From Macrostomum lignano (lineage: Eukaryota): a stretch of 64,000 bases of DNA. Below the pieces are notes generated by a model that was given only the letters and a program-made list of their open reading frames with translations, had not been told where the DNA came from and did not search any database. Each line of letters opens with the position of its first letter. Position 1 is the stretch's first letter. Shown piece by piece: positions 48,293 through 58,941 of this stretch. The position numbers were made by a program, and so were the translations under genes. The DNA lies in contig NIVC01002372.1 in NCBI GenBank assembly GCA_002269645.1, forward strand, positions 62,001 to 126,000, in the 5' to 3' direction.

Positions 48293-48686
48293 TGGCTGAA
48301 ACCGTGAGGTGTCATCCCATTGGCTCTCAAGATGTTTGCAAAGAAAGCCAAACCGAATTACAAGAAGCGAGTGGATGGGCGCGGCCAGCACCCACCGGAA
48401 CTTATTTAAGCCACCCACACTTATCACTAATCGCAGTTCCAAGGTTTCGCTTATCATTCTGTCCTCTCCGTCGCTGCGTTTTCAGTTAACCCTCAAACGT
48501 GGAATTCTCACTGCGCACATTTCTAACTTGTTTCTATTTATAGACATTACGTGTGATAATACCCTTTAATTGGGCTAAAGGTTTCGGCTTCTCGTGTAAA
48601 TTCCTTTACAAAACAGCTAAAGTTGTGCGTCTAGCCGTAGACACAGGTATAGCTGTCTTTTTCTGTTGATAATAGCTATCCACAGA

Positions 48687-51600
48687 ATGGGAAGAAAGAA
48701 AATTAAAATCTCGAGAATTGAGGATGAGCGCAATAGACAGGTAAGTTAATTTTGTAATGATTAGTCAATATTTCACTTTTAAAGCTCCTATTCAAAGTCA
48801 GTCAAAACAGAAGTTCTGTAAAAGAATAGAAAGGCTGATAAACTGATCTTAAGAACTGCTAAAAAATCATATTTTAGATTAATAAGATCACCTGTTAGAC
48901 ACGCAGATCACCTGTTAGACACACTAATCACCTGTTAGACACACTAATCACCTGTTAGACACACTAATCACCTGTTAGACACACTAATCACCTGTTAGAC
49001 ACACTAATCACCTGTTAGACACACTAATCACCTGTTAGACACACTAATCACCTGTTAGACACACTAATCACCTGTAAGACACACTAATCACCTGTTAGAC
49101 ACACTAATCACCTGTTAGACACACTAATCACCTGTTAGACACACTAATCACCTGTTAGACGCACAGATCACCTATTAGACACACTAATCACCTGTTAGAC
49201 ACACTAATCACCTGTTAGACACACTAATCACCTGTTAGACACACTAATCACCTGTTAGACACACTAATCACCTGTTAGACACACTAATCACCTGTTAGAC
49301 ACACTAATCACCTGTTAGACACACTAATCACTTGTTAGACACACTAATCACCTGTTAGAAATAATCGGGTATTTTTCAACAAAATCGCCAAACACAGGTG
49401 ACATTCACGAAGCGAAAGTTCGGTCTAATGAAGAAGGCCTATGAACTGTCTGTGCTCTGCGACTGCGAGATCGCCCTGGTGGTGTTCAATAATAGCAACC
49501 GGCTGTTCCAGTACGCCAGCACCGATATGGACAAGGTGCTACTAAAGTACACCGATTTCAATGAGCCACACGAGAGCCGAACTAACAAGGATATCGAGGA
49601 GGTAATTTCTGCGCATTTCTTCTGCTGCTTGAGAAAAATGAAAGTTTTCTAAGTACATTGCACCTAAAAGCGTTTCACGTACCTGAGCCTCACTCTCTGA
49701 CTCACTTGGGTTTCACTGTTTGTCTCACTCTCTGTCTCACTCTCTGTCTCACTGTCTCACTCTCTGTCTGACTGTCTCACTCTCTGTCTGACTGTCTCAC
49801 TCTCTCTGTCTGTCTCACTCTCTGTCTGTCTCACTCTCTGTCTCACTCTCTGTCTCACTCTCTGTCTCACTCTCTGTCTCACTGTCTCACTCTCTGTCTG
49901 ACTGTCTCACTCTCTGTCTTACTCTCTGTCTCACTCTCTGTCTTACTCTCTGTCTTACTCTCTGTCTCACTCTCTGTCTTACTCTTTGTCTCACTCTCTG
50001 TCTTACTCTCTGTCTCACTCTCTGTCTCACTCTCTGTCTCACTGTCTCACTCTCTGTCTGACTGTCTCACTCTCTGTCTTACTCTCTGTCTCACTCTCTG
50101 TCTTACTCTCTGTCTTACTCTCTGTCTCACTGTCTCACTCTCTGTCTGACTGTCTCACTCTCTGTCTTACTCTCTGTCTCACTCTCTGTCTTACTCTCTG
50201 TCTTACTCTCTGTCTCACTCTCTGTCTGACTGTCTCACTCTCTGTCTGACTGTCTCACTCTCTGTCTTACTCTCTGTCTCACTCTCTGTCTCACTCTCTG
50301 TCTCACTCTCTGTCTCACTCTCTGTCTCACTCTCTGTCTCACTCTCTGTCTCACTCTCTGTCTCACTCTCTGTCTCACTCTCTGTCTTACTCTCTGTCTC
50401 ACTCTCTCACGGTAAGCAGCAGTCTACACTGGCTATATAGCCAAATAAATGCAGAGACACCCATAGTGAGGCCTCCACAATATGATATTTATATATTTAT
50501 AACAAATTACCAATAGGCACAAGCATGGATGGCCCGAAACGGAAGCAGCGCAAAGACAGATAAACAGGCAATTATTATTATGGGTTACAAAGCGGATCTA
50601 CTAGGTCTGGCACATCCGCTTGCCTTCCAGATAAACTGACAGTCAATCTTGATCAACATATGCTGGCAACCGCGGGCTAACAATTTAATGCAGACAGCGA
50701 CAATGTTAAATTAGTTAGTTTTGTTTAGCCTAAACTTTCGCTTGATTAATGAATCAACAGAAGTATCAGTAAACTTTTTAAAGGCAAATTATCCAAGGTC
50801 TTTGTTGTCTTTGTTTAAACAGAGGTGAACAGAGTTTTGGTTTCACTTCCGCCTGAAAGCTGCACACAGCACAAATGCTTATGGTTTAGATAACATCTGG
50901 GCTGTGCTAAGGACAACCGAAGTAGAAGCTCGCTGTGCCGTCCAATATGTAGGCTGCTGGTTGCTTTTTCTAGCCCTAAATTTCCAATATCTCACCTTCT
51001 GGACTTCCAAATTCCTGGAAAGTCAGTCAATTACAGTTTACTGTAAATCCAATCTTAGAATATGACAGTCAATTACAGTTTACTCTAAATCCAATCTTAG
51101 AATATGACAGTCAATTACAGTTTGCTCTAAATCCAATCTGAGAATATGACAGTCAATTACAGTTTGCTCTAAATCCAATCTGAGAATATGACAGTCAATT
51201 ACAGTTTACTCTAAATCCAATCTGAGAATATGACAGTCAATTACAGTTTGCTGTAGATCCAATCTTAGAATATGACAGTCAATTACAGTTTACTGTAAAT
51301 CCAATCTGAGAATATGACAGTCAATTACAGTTTACTGTAGAGTGAATCTCAGAATATGACAGTCGATTACAGTTTACTGTAGAGTGAATCTCAGAATATG
51401 ACAGTCAATTACAGTTTACTGTAGAGCCAATCTGAGAATATGACAGTCGATTACAGTTTACTCTAAATCCAATCTGAGAATATGACAGTCAATTACAGTT
51501 TACTGTAAATCCAATCTGATAATATGACAGTCAATTACAGTTTGCTGTAGAGCCAATCTGAGAATATGACAGTCGATTACAGTTTACTGTAGAGTGAATC

Positions 51601-53752
51601 TCAGAATATGACAGTCGATTACAGTTTACTGTAGAGTGAATCTCAGAATATGACAGTCAATTACAGTTTACTGTAGAGCCAATCTGAGAATATGACAGTC
51701 GATTACAGTTTACTCTAAATCCAATCTGAGAATATGACAGTCAATTACAGTTTACTGTAAATCCAATCTGATAATATGACAGTCAATTACAGTTTGCTGT
51801 AGAGCCAATCTGAGAATATGACAGTCGATTACAGTTTACTGTAAATCCAATCTGATAATATGACAGTCAATTACAGTTTGCTGTAGAGCCAATCTTAGAA
51901 TATGACAGTCAATTACAGTTTACTGTGTGCAAATCCAATCTCAGAGTATGACAGTCAATTACAGTTTACTGTAAATCCAATCTGAGAATATGACAGTCAA
52001 TTACAGTTTACTGTAAATCCAATCTGAGAATATGACAGTCAATTACAGTTTAGTGTAGAACCAATCTTAGAATATGACAGTCAATTACAGTTTATTGTAG
52101 ATCCAATCTGAGAATATGACAGTCGATTACAGTTTGCTGTAGAGTGAATCTCAGAATATGACAGTCAATTACAGTTTGCTGTAGATCCAATCTCAGAATA
52201 TGACAGTCAATTACAGTTTGCTGTAGAGTGAATCTCAGAATATGACAGTCAATTACAGTTTGCTGTAGATCCAATCTCAGAATATGACAGTCAATTACAG
52301 TTTGCTGTAGATCCAATCTTAGAATATGACAGTAAATTACAGTTTACTGTAGATCCAATCTTAGAATATGACAGTCAATTACACTGTGCTGTAAATCCAA
52401 TCTTAGAATATGACAGTCAATTACAGTTTACTGTAGATCCAATCTTAGAATATGACAGTCAATTACAGTTTACTGTAAATCCAATCTTAGAATATGACAG
52501 TCAATTACAGTTTACTGTAAATCCAATCTTAGAATATGACAGTCAATTACAGTTTACTGTAAATCCAATCTGAGAATATGACAGTCAATTACAGTTTACT
52601 GTAGAGCCAATCTGTGAATATGACAGTCGATTACAGTTTACTGTAGATCCAATCTTAGAATATGACAGTCAATTACAGTTTGCTGTAGATCCAATCTGAG
52701 AATATGATAGTCAATTACAGTTTACTGTAGATCCAATCTTAGAATATGACAGTCGATTACAGTTTGCTGTAGAGTGAATCTCAGAATATGACAGTCAATT
52801 ACAGTTTGCTGTAGAGTGAATCTCAGAATATGACAGTCAATTACAGTTTGCTGTAGAGTGAATCTCAGAATATGACAGTCAATTACAGTTTGCTGTAGAG
52901 TGAATCTCAGAATATGACAGTCAATTACAGTTTGCTGTAGAGTGAATCTCAGAATATGACAGTCAATTACAGTTTGCTGTAGAGTGAATCTCAGAATATG
53001 ACAGTCAATTACAGTTTGCTGTAGAGTGAATCTCAGAATATGACAGTCAATTACAGTTTGCTGTAGAGTGAATCTCAGAATATGACAGTCAATTACAGTT
53101 TGCTGTAGAGTGAATCTCAGAATATGACAGTCAATTACAGTTTGCTGTAGAGTGAATCTCAGAATATGACAGTCAATTACAGTTTGCTGTAGAGTGAATC
53201 TCAGAATATGACAGTCAATTACAGTTTGCTGTAGAGTGAATCTCAGAATATGACAGTCAATTACAGTTTGCTGTAGAGTGAATCTCAGAATATGACAGTG
53301 AATCTGAGAATCACAGTCCAAATTCGACTCGAAAATTTCAGATGATCAATCGAAAAGAGGACAGGAAGGACTCACAGGACGCGGATCAGGACAGCTGCAG
53401 TTCGTATCCAATTCCAGAACAGCCAGGGCACCATCAGCCCTATGATGTTTCGACAAGTTACGGTCTGGAATTTCCCGGAACTCAAACTCCCAGATTTCCG
53501 CATTCGAGTCTTCAACAACAGCAGCAGCAGGAGCAGCATCAATCCTTGATTGCTTCGTCAACTTGGCAAGAAGTGAAAGACGAGCCGCAGAGATATCAAA
53601 TCCTAGGACTGCAGCAGCATCGTCAGCTGCATCAGTCAAGCTACCAATCCGCGCCTGCAACCTCTAATTGCCTAGCAACGCCCTTGACAACGTACGTATT
53701 CGAGGAGGAGGAAAGTACGCCGTCGAAAAGACGTAGATTGGACTTTGACTGA
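48687..53752 (+). CDS. MEF2: MADS-box transcription factor MEF2 (~222 aa)
   Basis: Exons 48687-48740 ([18 protein letters not shown]), 49398-49601 ([47 protein letters not shown]), 53342-53752 (acidic region, Q-rich region, terminal PSKRRRL NLS-like motif). All junctions are phase 0 GT-AG. Confidence 0.93.
48889..49359. repeat. 20-bp minisatellite (cacctgttagacacactaat) in MEF2 intron 1
   Basis: 24 units. Confidence 0.97.
49700..50410. repeat. 12-bp-based low-complexity array (ctcactctctgt)
   Basis: MEF2 intron 2. Confidence 0.92.
51035..53310. repeat. 40-bp minisatellite (agaatatgacagtcaattacagtttgctgtagagtgaatc..)
   Basis: About 56 copies; identical block at 52750-53290. Confidence 0.97.
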
Positions 53753-53871
53753 AGCCAGAAACTGAGCAAACAAAAAAGTGGTCAGAGACACAATTGACTG
53801 CTGTTTTTTTTCTCTGAACTCTGCTCGATTTTTCTGTATTCGTCCCTTCCTTAATGCTTTTGTTTGGCTGT

Positions 53872-53877
53872 AATAAA
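53872..53877 (+). terminator. Putative MEF2 polyadenylation signal
   Basis: AATAAA 120 nt after the stop codon. Confidence 0.4.
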
Positions 53878-54160
53878 TTCCCCAGATTGGTGCCCTTTAA
53901 TTCCAGATTGGCGCCATTTAATTCCCCAGTTTGGTGCCATTTAATTCCCTACTTCGGTGCTATTTAGTTCCCTAGTTTGGCGCCATTTAATCCCCCAATT
54001 TGGCCCTATTTAATTCCCTATTTTGGCGCCATTTAATATTCCCCCCCCCCAGTTTGGCGCCAACAAATTTTCTGGTTTGGTGCCATTTAATTCGCCGTTT
54101 AGCGCCATATAATGCTTCAGTTTAGCGCCATTTAATGCCATCCGTTTGGCGCCATTCAGT
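53875..54160. repeat. Degenerate ~22-bp array (ggcgccatttaattcccc..)
   Basis: About 11 copies downstream of MEF2. Confidence 0.75.
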
Positions 54161-54774
54161 TTAACAGATAAGCCTACTGTTCCAGGAAAAGTTTTTAAAC
54201 CTGTTTACCAATACTTACTTGTATCGATAGAAAATGATTTTTTTCTGACACATTTTCTGAAAGCATAAGCTTTTGCTGCAATGTACTTTTAGCAAAGTTT
54301 TGCCTATAGAAATGGTCAACATCCTGTATGGGCTGTAAAAAAGATTAATTTGTTGCATATTACGAGCGTAATCATTATAATGTATAGAAATGCCTTATTC
54401 CGTTGGGTATCCTCCAATCCTTACTATGTACATGGATTTTGTTTGCTAGTAACAGTACATTAAGGCAGTACATACATGTAAAGGCAAATTACTTTATTCA
54501 AGTTTATATGCTGTAGATTTTACACTGTATATTGTCGTTGTTTAGAACGATAGTCACAATTTGACTATAAATTTCTTTTTTGTTTCAGTTTTTTTTTCAA
54601 TTTGTTTCAACTTTTTTGTGTTTTTGATGATTAATTTTGATGATTTTTCTGTTTTGAGCTGCAAATAAATACCAAATAAAAATTGAATTCACAGTCTTAA
54701 TTATTTATCATTCATGTTGTTAATTAAAAGATCCAGTGAAGAATAACCATTAAATCAGTATTAGCCACAGCAAC

Positions 54775-54950
54775 AGAACTGGTCTCGGCCATAGACAACA
54801 AAAGCCAATCAAAGCCACTGACACAGAACTGCTCTCGGCCATAGACAACAAAAGCCAATCAAAGCCACTGACACAGAACTGCTCTCGGCCATAGACAACA
54901 AAAGCCAATCAAAGCCACTGACACAGAACTGCTCTCGGCCATAGACAATA
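54775..54950. repeat. 50-bp tandem repeat (~3.5 copies)
   Basis: ctcggccatagacaacaaaagccaatcaaagccactgacacagaactgct. Confidence 0.92.
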
Positions 54951-55244
54951 AAGCTAATAAAGGGGCACAGGGAGTGACGATCAGAAGGTCAGGTCCGCTG
55001 TAAATCATGTCTGGGATTTTCGATTTCGTTGGATTTATCATCACTAGCTGGATTTGAGGATTTTTTTCAAAAAAACCTACATGTACTTAACATCCAAAAA
55101 ACCAAAACATACATTTATTGCTGAAAATAATCAGCTGCATCAGTTCTTGCTACTCAAATTGCAAGTGATTATTAATATGACAAGCATGATGAGTTTCCGC
55201 ATTTGATTTCGAGCCAAGGACTCAAGCTTACTTTTTCTATAAAT

Positions 55245-55435
55245 GAAGGTTGTAGCCTATTGGTTAGAGCGTCGGACTCGCGACTTGAAGGTCGGGGGTT
55301 CGATTCTGTCCTTAAGCAAGACACTTAACTCTGCATTGCTTCAGTTCACCCAGCTGTAAAATGGGTGCCAGCATTAGCTGGGGTAATTGAGGGTGTGTGT
55401 GGCGACCCCCCCCCCCAGTCCTAGGACTGTACTTG
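55245..55435 (+). mobile_element. CORE-type SINE (tRNA head plus CORE domain), copy 2
   Basis: A-box TAGCCTATTGG, B-box GGTTCGATTCT, then ccttaagcaagacacttaactctgcattgcttcagttcacccagctgtaaaatggg resembling the MIR CORE consensus. Confidence 0.75.
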
Positions 55436-55814
55436 GTGTTATCAATTATAATTTATTATTATTCACGTAAATTTCGTTTAGATGAGTGCATGATGTTCAA
55501 ATTTAAATCGAAATGAGATCACTCGGCCGTCATTTGTTCTGTTAGGGCGGTCCAGCAGTCCGAGGTTCTTTCCTGACCGCCTGAAGCTACAGCGTTGTTC
55601 TAGGCAGTGGTCCTGACCGTCCTGGACCGTGACAACGCTGAGACCCATGCAAAACTGAAGTATACAAGGATGCTACACGGCCGATTTCCTAGGAGTAAGC
55701 TGGATGCTGATAGAGAACGAATATGTCTATATAGCTAGTGCAATTAGATCCACGTAAAAGTTCTACGGGAACATCATGAGTCGTTATTCTGATCGAAATT
55801 ACAAACCTTTTGAA

Positions 55815-56120
55815 ACTGCAACAACAACAACAGAATACGCAGGTTAGCGTCACAGGGCGCGCTTCAAGGCCAGGTCGTGGATGAACGCCATGCCGCCGGC
55901 CGAATCCGGGGCGCCGGCGTCAGCCAGCAGGCAGTCGATGAAACGCCGAGTGCGCGCCTGTCCCCGCCGGTAGGGTGCCTGCAGCGTCAGCAGCAGCACC
56001 TCCTGCACCCACCGGCTCTGGGCAGTCCGACTCGGCGCGGATGATGTGGCCTGCCAGCTGGAGTCGCCGACGCCGCAGCAGGTCGCTTGGACGGACCAGG
56101 CCGGCGCGGCGATACAAAGC
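55815..56120 (-). mobile_element. 5'-truncated RTE-like LINE 3' end
   Basis: RPSDLLRRRRLQLAGHIIRAES matches RPSDLLRGRRLRLAGHVIRSE of the 34.6-36.2 kb copy; (GTT)n tail at about 55819-55832. Confidence 0.75.
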
Positions 56121-56464
56121 CGATCTTTAGCATCTTCAGCATGAAACTTCAATATGATGTAAAGAATCTAGCTATCTATTCAAATAAATCTGTTATGTTT
56201 TCTCGGTTAATTTCCATGCTTACATGAATAAAGTTCGAAGAAAAGTGGACTGCGGTGGAGATTAGCCACACCTGTAGATTTAAGTTTTTTTCTAAAAAAA
56301 TCGAATGACATGAAGTAGGCTTTCACCATAGACAAATTGGACTACGAAAATTAACCTTAAATGCACATAAGGCATTGAATCAGATGACCTTTCGCCAGAA
56401 ATTTGTGTTGCTGCTGGTGGGTCTATGGTCGTATGTAGCTACGATGTATAGCTTTTGTCGGGCT

Positions 56465-56915
56465 CTATGGAACAGTGGGCATGCAAAAGGAAAGGGCTAT
56501 AGAATTTTATGGCTTGAATTAACCTTCGAAAGCAAGCCATAGACAACCCGATTTGTCATGCACTGGAACGATGAGCCAGAATAGAAGGAACGATTTGAAT
56601 TTTATTTGAGGAAAGAATAAAAAAACTGAATCAATAAAGCCTACTTTGTCACAGATTGAAAGCATCAAAATTTACAAAAACCAACTCTCAAAACTGATGT
56701 CGCTGCAGAGTCTGCTAGTGCTAAATGGCAGCTTCGAACCTGCAGTCTTGTTTTTTTTAGAATCTTGACCACATTCGGTGAACATTGAATCGGATACTCT
56801 TACACAACCCTTCGTCGACAGTCTAAGGCGGCGACGATGTGCTGTCGATCATGTACAGAAATTTAAATAGAGCTTAAATCCGTTCCGTTTCGCATGCCCA
56901 CTGTTCCACATAGCA
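56465..56915. mobile_element. MITE-like element bounded by ~30-bp inverted repeats
   Basis: tggaacagtgggcatgcaaaaggaa versus ttccgtttcgcatgcccactgttcca; TSD not resolved. Confidence 0.55.
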
Positions 56916-56959
56916 CGACAGAAGCAATATTTGATCAACTTTGATAACAAGGAATATTG

Positions 56960-57480
56960 CACTTGATAAACCAAGGATTATTGCACTCGATAAGCCAAGG
57001 ATTATTGCACTAGATTAGAAAGGGCTATTGCACTAGCTGAGACATCGATTTTTGGACTTGATGAGTAAAGGATTATTGCACTAGCTGAGAAGCTGATTAT
57101 TGCGCTGTCTAAAAAAGAGATTATTGCGCTCACTGAGACGTGGATTGTTGCACAACCTGAGAAAGCGATTATTGCATTAGCGGAGGTAACATTTGCACTA
57201 GCTACTTGCTGTCTCGCGTATGCTTGCTATCTGGAGGATGCTTGCTCTCGAGGGGGGATACTTGCTATTTTGGAGGGGGGTACTGGCTACATGTATGGGA
57301 TTCTTTCTATCCAGGGATGCTTGCTATTTAGGGATTCTTGCTATCTGCAGGATGCTTGCTGTCTGGGGTGATGCTTGCTATGAGCATTAGAGGATGCTTG
57401 CTATCTGCGGTTGTTTACTTTTGGAGGGGGGTGCTTGCTGTCTTGGGAATATTTTCCATTTAGGGGAAGCTATATTTCGT
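56960..57480. repeat. Two degenerate arrays (gattattgcact..; tgcttgctatct..)
   Basis: Recurrent cores at roughly 25-30-bp spacing. Confidence 0.6.
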
Positions 57481-57974
57481 TGTCTGTTTGTTAATTTTAG
57501 AGAAAAAAGTGATTCTTTCAATTTTTAAACATCTTTGTCCGTGACAATTTTACCCGAATACAAGCTAAGGTGATTTTTAAAAGTGAAGAAGGAATTGGTG
57601 TTTAAGAAAATTTGCTTTTTTATTGTTTTCCATGAACTATTTTTGCTCCTTTCTTATTGGGCGCCCCGAAGGGGGGCCGCGCTAGATTGCTAGTTTGAAC
57701 TAAACACGCATGCGTTCACTTGCTTCATACACAACTTTAGGCCCTTAGAAGAAGGATAGGAACAAGCCAATTTTACTTTAAAAGATAAAAACAAAACAAT
57801 TTGTCTGACTTAGCGTATTTTAAGGCAATAAAGCATTTAATAACATTTCCAAAATTTTAAAATGTTGTAAAACATTGAAATGTTTGTAACGATTTAGCAA
57901 ACTTCAATCCTTAATAAAACTTCAATATCTTAACGATTCCCATGTAAATCGGAATGTTTATGTATGTTTGAACG

Positions 57975-58500
57975 GGAGTACGACGTTTGCTTGCGGAATT
58001 TTGCCTGCCGAACTTTGCTTGCCGAACTTTTCTTGCAGGAAATTTGCTTGCAGGAATTTTGCTTGCCGAAGTTTGCTTGGAGGAACTTTGCCTGCCGAAC
58101 TTTGAGTATCCGAGCGTTGGGTATCCTTACGAGTCATGATATGTAGCAATTCACAGATCGGTGGTACAGTCTTTTGCAAAAAATCTATTCTGTACAGTTC
58201 ACTGCCTAAATCATTAGATATGTGCATTGTTCGAAATCGTGTTTAATTTTTTGTTGAAAATATATTCATAGTAAAAAACTAAATTATTCCATTTCTGCGT
58301 TAGGGCTTTTCAAATCCGCCATATCCTCATACAAAATCATAACACTATAGGCGACTTCCACGAATCTTAGAAAATGAAAATTAGAAATACACAAGAGCTC
58401 AAAAATAGGTTCTTTGGGAGCAAGAAAACTTTGGCTGGCAAACCTCGGCAGGCAAAGTTCGGCAAGCAAAGTTCGGCAAGCAAACTTCTCGCAAGCAAAT
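57975..58500. mobile_element. Foldback-like MITE with tandem subterminal inverted repeats
   Basis: Repeats of gccgaactttgcttgc on the left and gcaagcaaagttcggc on the right. Confidence 0.6.
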
Positions 58501-58941
58501 TTCATAGACCCGTTTAAACATTTCACAAGCAGAAATATTTCTGTTTTGTCTGAGAAAAAAAGCATTTTGTTTAGCTGTTTTTTTCAAAAGAAGTACTTTA
58601 GCGAAAGATACAGCGCTGTTATTCAATTCAGTTGAGTGATAATAGTTGTCTATCTGAATTCTGCTTATGCAAACTTGCATAGCGCTTATATACAGCAAGT
58701 TTTCTTATCAAGTTGCACAACCATATCTTCTAGAAGACCTGGCGGCAGCCGAATATGTAGTTCAGTGGCCTAGATTTTAGCCCGAGTCTGCCCAAACCAT
58801 GCACTGATAAGGATAAGACAACTCCACTGACATTCGTGATTTTAATAGCAAATCGCGAACCGTTTGCAATCTGCCAAGCGCTTCGACTTTGTTATGGTAT
58901 TTCTCAGCTGGTGCTAACTAGGAAATTTTTCAGTGCCAGAC

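Noticed and set aside
55245-55312. Bona fide tRNA genes here and at 1495 and 61690-61750
   Set aside because: No complete acceptor stem is evident and each runs into a shared repeat body; treated as SINE heads.
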